A stretch of DNA of 64,000 nt, taken from Antedon mediterranea. Lineage: Eukaryota; Animalia; Echinodermata. The position numbers and the translations under genes are program-made. The stretch lies in the NCBI RefSeq assembly GCF_964355755.1, contig NC_092674.1, forward strand, positions 17,670,001-17,734,000. The letters run 5' to 3'. Shown here in pieces: positions 13,501 through 25,570 of this stretch; position 1 is the stretch's first letter, and each line of letters starts with the position of its first letter. The notes under the pieces are model-generated. The model was given only the letters and a program-made list of their open reading frames with translations, was not told the DNA's origin and searched no databases.

Positions 13501-14820
13501 ATTATGCTATAATATTGCCATTTATGCAAATATATTGTGCTAACATCATCTTATACAGCCAGAGTAACTAGTTAAGCCAAAAAATAAAAGGATCGAAATT
13601 TGGCTATTTTTTCGAAACTTTTCCTGCAGGGGACCACAGGAATTTTTTCAAAATATAACCAGAATTCCCACCTTTTAAAATTCAATAATTAGACTATAAT
13701 ATTGCCATTTATGCACATATTGTGTTAACATCATCTTATAGAGCCATAGTAACTAGTTATGTCAAAAAATAAAAGGTTTGAAATTTGGCAATTTTTGAAA
13801 ATTTTCCTGCGAGGGACCATAAGAATTTTTTTGAAAAATGGAAAAAATTTCCACTTTTTAAAATTCGAAAATTATGCTATAATATTGCCATTTATGCAAA
13901 TATATTGTGCTAACATCATCTTATAGAGACATAGCAACTAGTTATGTCAACAAAATAAAAGGGTCGAAAATGGCAACATTTTACACTTTTTAAAATTAAA
14001 TAATTATGCTATAATATTGCCATTTATACAGATATATTTTGCTAACATCATCTTATAACGTCATAGTAACGAATTATGTCAAAAAATAAAAGAGTGGAAA
14101 TTTGGCCATTTTTTGAAAAATTTTCCTGTGGGGGACCATAGGAATTTTTTCGAAAAATTGACAAAATTTCCAAATTTCTAAAATTCGAAAATTATGCTAT
14201 TGGGTTGAAATTTGGCAATTTTTACCAAAATTTCGCTGTGGGGGGGGGGGGGGGACCATAGGATTTTTTTCGAAAAATGACTAAAATGTTCCACTTTTTA
14301 AAATTAAATAATTATGCTATAATATTGCCATTTATTCACTAATATTGTGCTAACATCATCTTATAGAGCCATAGCAACTAGTTATGTCATGAAATAAAAG
14401 GGTCGAAATTTCCATTGTTTAAGATTAAAAAATTACGCTATAGTATTGCCATTTATGGAAATAGCAAATATATTGTGCTAACATCATCTTATAGAGCCAG
14501 AGTAACTATAGTTATGTCAAAAAATAAAATGGTTGAAATTTGGCCATTTTTGGGAAAATTTCCCTGGAGGGGACAATAGGAATTTTTTCGAAAAATGACT
14601 AAAATTTACAATTTTTAAATTCAAAAATTATGCTATAATATTGCCATTTATGCACATATATTGTGTTAACATCATCTTATAGAGCCATCGTAACTAGTTA
14701 TGTCAAAAAATAAAATGGTTGAAAACTGGCCATTTTTCGAAAATTTCCCTGCGGGGACCATGTGACTTTTTTTCAAAAAATGGTTAAAATTTCCATTCTT
14801 TAAAATTAAAAAATAATTAT
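10506..14820 (+). repeat. Satellite B (~187-bp unit)
   Basis: AACATCATCTTATAGAGCCATAGTAACTAG recurs at e.g. 11636, 11824 and 12011; some units carry internal deletions; a stub of the array lies at 7297-7334. Confidence 0.95.
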
Positions 14821-16209
14821 GTGAAAAGTTTCATCGAAATGCTCAAAATGGTCTAAAACGGTTTCTAATGTGATTTTAGCACTTTGATGTTTTTCTGTAA
14901 CCAAGTTTCATTAACTAGCTCTATAAGATGATGTTAGAAAAATATATGTGTATAAATGGCAATATTATAGCATAATTATTTAATTTTAAAAAGTGGAAAA
15001 TGTTGCCATTTTTCAACCCTTTTATTTTTTTGACATAACTAGTTGCTATGTCTCTATAAGATGATGTTAGCACAATATATTTGCATAAATGGCAATATTA
15101 TAGCATAACTTTCGAATTTTAAAAAAGTTGAAATTTTCTCTATTTTTCGAAAAAAAATTCCTATGGACCCCCGCAGGAAAATTTTAGGAAAATGTCCAAA
15201 TTTCGACCCTTTTATTTTTTGACATAACTAGTTACTATGGCTCTATAAGATGATGTTAGCAAAATATATCTGTATAAATGGCAATATTATAGCATAATTT
15301 TCGAATTTTGAAAAGTGGAAATTTTGATATAATTCGTTACTATGACGTTATAAGATGATGTTAGCAAAATATATCTGTATAAATGGCAATATTATAGCAT
15401 AATTATTTAATTTTAAAAAGTGCAAAATGTTGCCATTTTTCGACCCTTTCATTTTTTTGACATAACTAGTTGCTATGTCTCTATAAGATGATGTTAGCAC
15501 AATATATGTGCATAAATGGCAATATTATAGCATAATTATTGAATTTTAAAATGTGGAAATTTTTGCCATTTTTCGAAAAAATTCTTATGATCCCCTGCAG
15601 GAAATTTTTCGAAAAATGGCCAAATTTCAACCATTTTATTTTTTGACATAGTTCGTTACCATGGCTCTATAAGATGATGTTAGCAAAATATAGCTGTATA
15701 AATGGCAACATTGTAGCATAATTTTCGAATTTTGAAAAGTGGAAATTTTAGCCATTTTGTGAAAAAATTCCGCAGGGAAATTTTTGCAAAAATTGCCAAA
15801 TTTCAAACCTTTTATTTTTTGACATAACTAGTTACTATGGCTCTATAAGATGATGTTAGCACAATATATGTGCATAAATGGCAATATTATAGCATAATTT
15901 TTGAATTTCAAAAAGTGGAAATTTTGGCAATTTTTGGAAAAAATTCCTATGGTCCCCCGCAGCGAAATTTTCGAAAAATTGCCAAATTTCGACCCTTTTA
16001 TTATTTGACATAACTAGTTACGATGACTCTATAAGATGATTCTAACACAATATATTTGCATAAATGCCAATATAATAGCATAATTATTGAATTTTAAAAA
16101 GTGGAAATTTTGGCCATTTTTCGAAAAAAATTCCTATGGTCCACAGCAGGGAAATTTTCGCAAAAATTGCCAAATTTCAAACCTTTTAATTTTTGACATA
16201 ACTAGTTAC
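14821..16209 (-). repeat. Inverted block: satellite C fragment (14821-14912) plus satellite B (14913-16209)
   Basis: Both parts are reverse complements of the flanking arrays. Confidence 0.9.
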
Positions 16210-16814
16210 TTCAAATCGCATTTGGAGACGTTTTAGACCATTTTGTGCATTTCGATGAAACTTGGTTACACAAAAACATCAAAGTGCTTAAAATCACATT
16301 TAAAACCGTTTTAGAGCATTTTGAGCATTTCGAAAAAACTTTTTAGACAAAAACATCAAAGTGTACAAAATAGCTTAAAATCGCATTTAGAGACGTTTTA
16401 GACCATTTTGTGCATTTCGATAAAACTTTTCACACAAAAACATCAAATTGCACAAAATAGCTTAATACCGTGTTTGAAATCGTTTTAAACCATTTTGAGC
16501 ATGTCGATAAAACTTTTCAAAAAAACATCAAAATGCACAGAATAGCTTCAAATCGCATTTGGAGACGTTTTAGACCATTTTGTGCATTTCGAAAAAACTT
16601 GTTAATATAAAAAAATCCAAATTCTTAGAATAGCTTCAAATCGCATTTGGAGACGTTTTAGACCATTTTGTGATTTTCGAAAAAACTTTTAAACATAAAA
16701 ACACCAAAGTGCTTAGAAATCCTCCAAATCGCATTTGGGGACATTTTAGACCATTTTGTGCATTTCGATGAAACTTGATTGCACAAAAACATCAAAGTGC
16801 TTAACATTACATTT

Positions 16815-18247
16815 AAAAAATAAATTCGATTTAATCGGTAATAAATATTAAATTAGGGCGACTGAAAACGCTAGCTCATTATCCGTTTAAAAAAAATTAT
16901 ATCCAACCTCTCCAGCACAGATTGAAAAAAAAAATGGATCGAATTTCTGTTATGAGTATACAGTACTTCCTTTACGACGCCTGAGGGAATAGACACTTGT
17001 GGAACGACACAGAGATTAGAATGTTCCATTCATCGCAAATCAATACATTTGTATAAACGTATATAGTCATAGTCATAGTCATATAGTCATATATACTTTA
17101 TTGTCCATTTAAAAAACAGAAATGTGATTTGAAAACTGGCAAAATACAAAAATATAAAATACAATTTACAAAAACACACACAAAAAGTTAAGAGGCTAAA
17201 AATTGTTAAAATTAGATAAAAATTATCGGTTACATTTTACCTTTGTACTCGGGAGTTATATAAGTGTATAGCATTAGGTACAAACGAGCACCTAAACCGT
17301 TTTGTTTTGGTATTAAGTGCACGTAGTCTTATGCCAGAATTCATGAGAGCAAATTGTTTGTGAAGAGGATGTGTTTCATCATCAATGATACTTTTTACTT
17401 TTTTTAACACATTTTCTTTATACAAGGATTCAACATCAGGTAAGTGCTCTCCTACTAGTCTAATTGCTCTATTTCCTATTCGATTAAGTTTAATTTTATC
17501 TTTTTGCATTGTATTACCATAAAAACAAACATTACAAAAAAGTATTACACTGAGAATTACAGAGTTATAAAACAATTTAAGTATAGTTTTGTCAATTTGT
17601 AGGTACTTCATTTTTCTTAAAATAAACATCCTTTGGTTGGCTTTGCATGTGGCTTTATTTACATTATTTATCCAATTTAGCTTATTGTCAATTATACAAC
17701 CCAGATATTTGTACTCATTTACTACTTCAATCTCATTTTCATTTATAATCAGAGGTTCTAAGGGTTCTTTAATTTTCCTAAAATCAATTTGCATTTCTTT
17801 TGTTTTCTTTATGTTTAGTTTCAGGTTGTTATTGCAGCACCAGTGATATTAAATCTATCAAAATAGTATTTCTTTAAGAAAATCGGCCTGTCTTCAACAT
17901 TATGATACTGTACTCGAGCTGTTCAACCGGTTTTCAGCTATTAAAAACAATTATCGTAGGAGGAGATTGGAAAAGGCGAAGCCTCCTCGCATTTTTGTGG
18001 CGGGTATTCATTAGACAGTGTATACCACGATCGGAAAACACCCTATCTGGGGCAAATCGTTGAACCTAAATTCGTTTTAATCGTCAATAACTAATTATCT
18101 AACTTAATTTAATTAGTAAACAGGGTTACATCAGGTGGTTAAAATCAGTACCGAAAGTACGAACCAACTTTACATACCATCGAGTAAAAATTCTAAAAGT
18201 AAGGCGCGATTTACCGAATTTTGCCCTTACGTAAATTTATATATAGA
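16815..18247 (-). mobile_element. Non-autonomous Helitron (family of 55509-58054), 3' end lost, split by a LINE
   Basis: Minus strand begins A|TCTATATATAAATTTACGTAAGGGC at 18247; colinear with 54815-55275. Confidence 0.85.
17064..17846 (-). mobile_element. 5'-truncated Rex1/Babar-like LINE
   Basis: ORF 17237-17794 (IDFRK...EYKYLGCIIDNKLNW...HPLH...RFRCSFVPNAIHLYN); (TGACTA)n tail; flanks rejoin as the Helitron sequence cgtatattaaatc. Confidence 0.9.
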
Positions 18248-21200
18248 TAGCTTAATATCGTGTTTGAAAACGTTTTAGACCATTTTGAGCATGTGTCGAT
18301 AAAACTTTTCACACAAAAACATCAAAGTGCACAGAATAGCTTCAAATCGCATTTGGAGACGTTTTAGACCATTTTGTGCATTTCGAAAAAAACTTCTTAA
18401 CATAAAAACATCGAAGTGCTTAGAATAGCTTCAAATCGCATTTGGGGACGTTTTAGACCATTTTGTGAATTTCGATAAAACTTTTCACACACAAATATCA
18501 AAGTGCACAAAATAGCTTAATGTCGTATTTGAAAGCGTTTTAGAGCATTTTAAGCATTTCGATAAAACTTTTCACACAAAAACATCAAAGTGCACAAAAT
18601 AGCTTCAAATCGCATTTAGAGACGTTTTCGACCATTTTGAGCATTTCGACAAAAGTTTTTCACACAAAACATCAAAGTGTACAGAATAGTTTCAAATCGC
18701 ATTTGGAGACGTTTTAGACCATTTTGTGCAATTCGATGAAACTTGGTTACACAAAAACATCAAAGTGCTTAAAATCACATTTGAAACCGTTATAGACCAT
18801 TTTGAGCATTTCGACAAAACTTTTTCACATAAAACTTCACAGTGCTTCAAATCGCATTTGGAAACGTTTTAGACAATTTTGTGATTTTCGAAAAAACTTA
18901 ACATAAAAACACAGAAGTGCTTAGAAATGCTTCAAATTGCATTTGGAGACGTTTTAGACCATTTTGTGCATTTCTAAAAAATGTGTTAACATAAAAAGAC
19001 CAAAGTGTTTAGAATATCTTCAAATCACATTTGGAGACGTTTCAGACCATTTTGTGCATTTCGATGAAACTTGGTTACACAAAAACATCACAGTGCTTAA
19101 AATCACATTTAAAACCGTTTTAGAGCATTTTGAGCATTTCGATAAAACTTTTCACACAAGAACATCAAAGTGCACAAAATAGCTTCAAATCGCATTTAGA
19201 GACGTTTTAGACCATTTTGTGCATTTCGATAAAACTTTTCACACAAAAACATCAAATTGCACAAAATAGCTTAATATCGTGTTTGAAAACGTTTTAGACC
19301 ATTTTGAGCATGTCGATAAAACTTTTCACACAAAAACAAAAACATTTTGTGGATTTCGAAAAAACTTGTTAACATAAAAACACCAAAGTGCTTAGAATAG
19401 CTTCAAATCGCATTTGGAGACGTTTTAGACCATTTTGTGATTTTCGAAAAAAAAATAGTTAACATAAAAGCACCAAAGTGCTTAGAAATGCTTCAAATCG
19501 CATTTGGAGACGTTTTTGACCATTTTGTGCATTTCGATGAAACTTGGTTACACAAAAACATCAAAGTGCTTAAAATCACATTTGAAACCGTTTTAGACCA
19601 TTTTGAGCATTTCGATTAAACTTTTCACACAAGAACATCAAAGTGCACAAAATAGCTTTAAATCGCATTTGGAGACGTTTTAGACCATTTTGTGCATTTC
19701 GATAAAACTTTTCACACAAAAACATCAAATTGCACAAAATAGCTTTATATCGTATTTGAAAATGTTTTAGACCATTTTGAGCATTTCGACAAAACTTTTT
19801 CAAACAAAACATCAAAGTGTACAGAATAGCTTCAAATTGCATTTGGAGACGTTTTAGACCCTTTTGTGGATTTCGAAAAAACTTGTTAACATAAAAACAC
19901 CAAAGTGCTTAGAATAGCTTCAAATCGCATTTGGAGACGTTTTTTTGCTTAAAATCACATTTGAAACCGTTATAGACCATTTTGAGCATTTCGACAAAAC
20001 TTTTTCACATAAAACTTCACAGTGCACAAAATAGCTTCAAGTCGCATTTGGAGACGTTTAAGACCATTTTGTGCATTTCGATAAAACTTTTCACAGAAAA
20101 ACATCCAATTGCACAAAGTAGCTTAATATCGTATTTTAAAACGTTTTAGACCATTTTGAGCAGTTCGACAAAACTTTTTCACACAAAACATCAAAGTGTA
20201 CAGAATAGCTTGAAATCGCATTTGGAGACGTTTTAGACCATTTTGTGCATTTCGAAAAAACGTGTTAACATAAAAACACAAAAGTTACACAAAAACATCA
20301 TAGTGCTTAAAATCACATTTGAAACCGTTTTAGATCATTTTGAGCATTGCGATAAAACTTTCCACACAAAAACATCAAAGTGCAAAAAATAGCTTAATAT
20401 CGCATTTGAAAACGTTTTAGACCATTTTGAGCATTTCGACAAAACTTTTTCACACAAAACATCAAAATGTACAGAATAACTTCAAATCGAATTTGGAGAC
20501 GTTGTAGACCATTTTGTGCATTTCGATGAAACTTGTTAACATAAAAACACTAAAGTGCTTAAAATAGCTTCAAATCGCATTTGGAGACGTTTTCGACCAT
20601 TTTGTGCATTTCAATGAAACTTGGTTACACAAAAACATCAAAGTGCTTAAAATCACATTTCAAACCGTTTTGGACCATTTTGAGCATTTCGATAAAACTT
20701 TTCACACAAAAATATCGAAGTGCACAAAATAGCTTAATATCGTATTTGAAAACGTTTTAGATCATTTTGAGCATTTCGACAAAACTTTTTCACACAAAAC
20801 ATCAAAATGTACAGAATAGCTTCAAATCGCATTTGGAGACGTTGTAGACCATGTTGTGCATTTCGATGAAACTTGTTAACATAAAAACACCAAAGTGCTT
20901 AAAATAGCTTCAAATCGCATTTGGAGACGTTTTAGACCATTTTGTGCATTTCGAAAAAATTTGTTAACATAAAAAGACCAAAGTGCTTAGAATATCTTCA
21001 AATCGCATTTGGGGACGTTTTAGACCATTATGTGCATTTCGATGAAACTTGGTTACACAAAAACATCAAAGTGCATAAAATCACATTTGAAACCGTTTTA
21101 GACCATTTTGAGCATTCCGATGAAACTTTTCACACAAAAACATCAAAGTGCACAGAATAGCTTAAAATCGCATTTGGAGACGTTTTATTGAGCAATTCGA

Positions 21201-21493
21201 TAAAACTTTTCACACAAAAACATCAAAGTGCACAAAATAGCTTCAAATCGCATTTGGAGACGCTTTAGACCATTTTGTGCATTTCGATGAAACCTGTTAA
21301 CATAAAAACACCAAAGTGCTTAAAAAAATCTGCAATGCAAATGGTGGTAGTTTTTATGTACATTTATATTACAATATATACGATACTTTTTATTAATCAT
21401 TCATGGTGTTCCCACCTCCTGATGAGATATTATATATAGCCATTTTAGATATACCGATGTGTATATACTGCACTGTATTGTAAACATTATTAT

Positions 21494-21828
21494 ATTCAAT
21501 TCAATTCAATTAAAAAATCTTTAATCATCCCACACGAGGCAATTCATATAAAAAGGTCTGGAGTAAAATGAAATATACAATATATCACAATACACAAAAC
21601 AGTACAATATAACAAGAGTCAAAGTTCAAGGATTTAAGAGTCGTATGGCCACTGGCAAAAACGAATTCCTTTTCCGGTTTGTTCTACATGCCGGGCATCG
21701 AAAGCGACGCCCATCCATGAGGCATGAGCTCGAAATCACTGAACAAGGCATTGTTTATTTTTTTTTAGCTCTACCTTTCTCTAGAGTTTGCATGTCACAG
21801 AAAGAAAATAAGCTACGATGTTGACAAC
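21494..21828 (-). mobile_element. Rex1/Babar-like LINE 2, 3' half
   Basis: Minus strand reads ...FELMP..RRFRCPACRTNRKRNSFLPVAIRLLN; (TTGAA)n tail; continues 30047-30390. Confidence 0.85.
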
Positions 21829-22229
21829 TGTATTGAATTTATCTTAGTTGGTTCCGAGCTTTCTCAGGCGTATATATTTCCACGTGACGTACACAGCTGT
21901 CACTGAATGATAACTCATACAAAAAGTATATTTAACTCAATTAGAACTTTTATTCCTTGTAATTCGATTAATACATCTTTCTACCACTACCAGTCAAGCC
22001 TTAATATTTTCTTTATCATCTTTCCGTTTATCTACTCTGATCTTATTCTCTCTTCTCCTCTAATATCTATTACATTCCACTTTTATACTGGACCTGCAAA
22101 TTTTAGGCTTCAGCGGAGGATAACATTTTCCCTCCAAAAATTATACGATTTTGATTGGCTAATAATAAGGCGGACCTGGTCTAAAGCATCCTTCTCTAAA
22201 CACAGAGAATCACAACATTTAATATGACA
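21829..22229 (-). repeat. 3' LTR (401 bp)
   Basis: About 7 substitutions and 1 indel versus 29645-30046 (counted by eye). Confidence 0.95.
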
Positions 22230-22240
22230 TTCCCCTCTTT
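22230..22240 (-). promoter_or_regulatory. Polypurine tract
   Basis: AAAGAGGGGAA directly before the TGTCA start of the 3' LTR on the minus strand. Confidence 0.9.
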
Positions 22241-22387
22241 GGGAAAAAGATTGTGTCAATCTTTCCAAAAATTTAACATTTAAAACCATTTTACTATAAA
22301 CTATCTACAAATAACACCTTTACAATATTTTTATGCACGGCTTAATCCATCTGCATTTCCATTTAATGATCCTTTCTTGTAAATAAC

Positions 22388-25300
22388 TTAAAATGTATAT
22401 CCTTGTAAAAACAGAGCCCATCTCATAAGTCTAACATTGGCACCCTTCATTGAGTCCATCCATCTCAATGCCTGGTGGTCAGTATGAACTTGAAATTCAC
22501 AACCATACAGATAATACTTAAGTTTATTGATAGCCCAAACAATAGAGAGGCACTCTTTTTCTGGCACAGAATATCTCTGCTCATGTACAGATAACTTTCT
22601 ACTTAAGTACACAATGGGATAATCATTACCCTCACCATCTATTTGGCTCAGCACTGCACCTATGCCATAATTTGAGGCATCGGTTTGCAATATAAACATC
22701 TTATCAAAATTTGGGGCTTTTAATACATTATCATCAGTAAGTCGTTTCTTTAAAGTTACAAAGGCATTTTCACATTGTTCATTCCACTTAACGGTATTAC
22801 TTTTACTCTTTAAAGTTAAATCAATCAATGGCTTAGCAATATCGGCATAGTTCTGTACAAATTTTCTGTAATAGCCCGTTAATCCGAGAAATGATCGGAC
22901 TTGTTTCTTAGACAAAGGTCTGGGGAACTTTTCCACAGCCTCAACCTTATCAATCATGGGTCTAATTTCTCCATTACCAATCTTATGCCCCAGAAATTCT
23001 ACCTGTGAATAGGCAATTTTACATTTCAAAGGCTTTGCTGTCAATCCAGCACTACTTAATCTTTCTAATACATCATTCAAATGAAAAATATGATCTTTCC
23101 AAGTTTGACTATAAATACATATGTCATCTATATATTGCTTAGCATATCCCTCAGTACCTTGTAATACCTTATCCATTAATCTTTGGAAAGTACTAGAGCT
23201 ATTTTGCATACCAAATGGAAGTACATTGTAACAATACTGTCCAAATTGTGTAATAAATGCTGATTTGTCTTTGGTCTTAGGATCCAGAGGCACCTGGTAA
23301 AATCCTTTAGTTAGATCTAACGTAGTTATGTATATTGCGGATGATACCTCATCCAACATTTCGTCTATGCGACGCATAACATAAGGGTCAAATTGTGTAG
23401 TCTTATTTAGTGATCTAAAATCTGTCACCATTCTAATTTGATTCTGGCCTTTCTTCAGGGCAATAATAGGTGCAGCATAGGCACTAACAGTAGGTTCTAT
23501 TATACCCATAGCCAACATACTATCTAATTCCTCTTTCAATTTACCCTTTAATGCTTGGGGCGTTCTATATGTCCTATGCCTTATAGGCATTTCAACATTA
23601 GTCTTAATTTCATGTGTCACCAAGTGAGTTCTACCTGGTACATCCGAGAATACATTCTGTTGGTACTTTAACAATTCTGTTAATTGTTTAGTTTGTGTAT
23701 CATTTAAATTACTACTAACGTTAACATCTCTCCATGTTTGTGATTGATGATAAGACAATCCTATGTCTATTTCACTATCTAACTCATTGTCATGGACTGT
23801 TTCATTTAAGTCTACTTCTTCTATCGACTGAACATTTGTTACTACATAATAACCATCTTTACTTATTTCTACTTTATCATACCATCTCTTTAACATATTA
23901 ACATGTAGAATTTGTTTTTCTTTTCTTCTACCTCCTATGTATATTTCATAATTTACATCATTGACCTTTTTTGTAACAGTGAAGGGGCCTTGCCATTTAC
24001 TGTCTAACTTACTATTTCCTACTGGAAGGAATATCAACACTTTGTCCCCTTCTACAAATTCTCTATCAATAGCATTCTTGTTATAATTGTGGGACATAAT
24101 TTCTTGTTGTTCAAGTTTGTTTACATTAGCATCTTTCATTAATTCCTCCATTTTTTCTCTTATGTTTAACATGTATTTGATAACATCAGTAGATGTTTCT
24201 TCATCTTCTACCCAATTACTTTTGAGTAAACTCAAGGGTCCCCTCACCTCTCTACCATAAAGCAATTTAAAAGGTGAATGGCCCGTCGCTTTACTAGGAA
24301 CTTCTCTGTATGCAAACAGAAAGGGGGGTATGTAGTTATCCCAATTTTTTCTTTGCTTAACTGTAAGTGTCCTTATCATATTTTTCAATGTACCGTGAAA
24401 TCTTTCAACAAGCCCATTGCTTTGGGGGTGGTACACTGTAGTCTTTAATTGATTAATCCCCAACATACTACATATAGATTGCATAATTGAAGACATGAAA
24501 TTAGTTCCTTGATCATGTACAATCTCTTCGGGTAATCCTACTCTAGTAAAGACTTCTATTAGAGCCCTGGCTACTGTTTCAGCTCTAACATTGGGTAACG
24601 GGATAGCATCCGGATATCTCGTAGCATAGTCAATTATAGTAAGCATATATTTGTTATTACGGCTTGTTCTAGATAAGGGTCCAACAATGTCTATCGCTAT
24701 ACGTTTAAATGGTGTAATTATAATCGGTAATGGTATCAAAGTATGTTTCCTTTTACTTTTACCCTTATCTACCTTTTGGCATTCCTTACAGACTTTACAA
24801 TAGACTACCACATCTTTAAATATACCTGGCCAATAGAATTGGTTCAGGACCCTACTTTTAGTTTTCTCAACACCCATGTGACCTGCAAATGGCACATTAT
24901 GACCTAAGTGTAATACACCCTGTCTACACTGAGTGGGTAATACAATCTGTTCCACTTGGTTATTCTTATCTTTAATACTACTCCAATTTCTCATCAATAT
25001 ACCTTGTCTCATAAAGAAACATACCCTATGCTGACCTATTTTTTCTATAGGGACTACCCTGTCAAACACTCCTTTGAGTGAGTCATCCTTAGTTTGCAAT
25101 TTGATCAGTTCTTGTTTAGTTAGGTTCAGCTTGTGCTGTTGTTCATAAGTTTTATGTTTGACTGTTTTATCTTTAGCTTTATCCTCATTTTCATCAAACA
25201 AATTATTCATTTCTGTTCCATTCATATCATCTAAACACTTAGTTTTATTTACTTTGTTGTCATTTACTACTGTTTTCAACAATTGTACATTAGTTTTTTT

Positions 25301-25565
25301 AGGCGGCTCTTCTATCGGCTTAAAGTTACTATCTTTCCCTAACAATATCATTTCGTCTTGTATTCTAACATCATTTTCTATTCTGGCTTGCTCCCTAGTT
25401 AGGACGAACATTTCTTTAGCCATTGTTTCCCCACAATTCTGGTCCAAATCATGACCCAATAACATGTCCCTCTGTAATCCTTCGATTACGGCTACAATCA
25501 CTTTTCCTGTCACTATCTTACTTTCTATAGCTACCTCAGCTAAGGGGACGGTAATATCGCCTCCT
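22388..25565 (-). CDS. pol: pol part: protease C-terminus, integrase, reverse transcriptase, RNase H (premature stop near the end)
   Basis: PR ..DMLLGHD; IN HHCC (GHNVPFAGHMG..CKEC), D,D,E (IAIDIVGP, HDQGTNF, GLVERFH), GPF; RT LDLTKGFYQV, PFGM, YIDD; RH TDASNYGIGAVL, EKE, TDH. Confidence 0.95.
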
Positions 25566-25570
25566 ATACC

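Larger units (their letters stand above)
16210..21325 (+). repeat. Satellite C (~78-88-bp variant monomers), interrupted at ~16815-18247
   Basis: TTCAAATCGCATTTGGAGACGTTTTAGACCATTTTG recurs at 78-88-bp spacing. Confidence 0.95.

Noticed and set aside
18964-21160. ORFs in satellite C
   Set aside because: Chance open frames in tandem repeats
21907-22227. 106-aa hydrophobic ORF duplicated at 29724, possible env or accessory gene
   Set aside because: Lies wholly within the LTR, antisense to the element; its duplication is explained by the LTRs
22388-25513. Copia classification based on IN-before-RT order
   Set aside because: RT, RNase H and GPF integrase motifs are Gypsy-type
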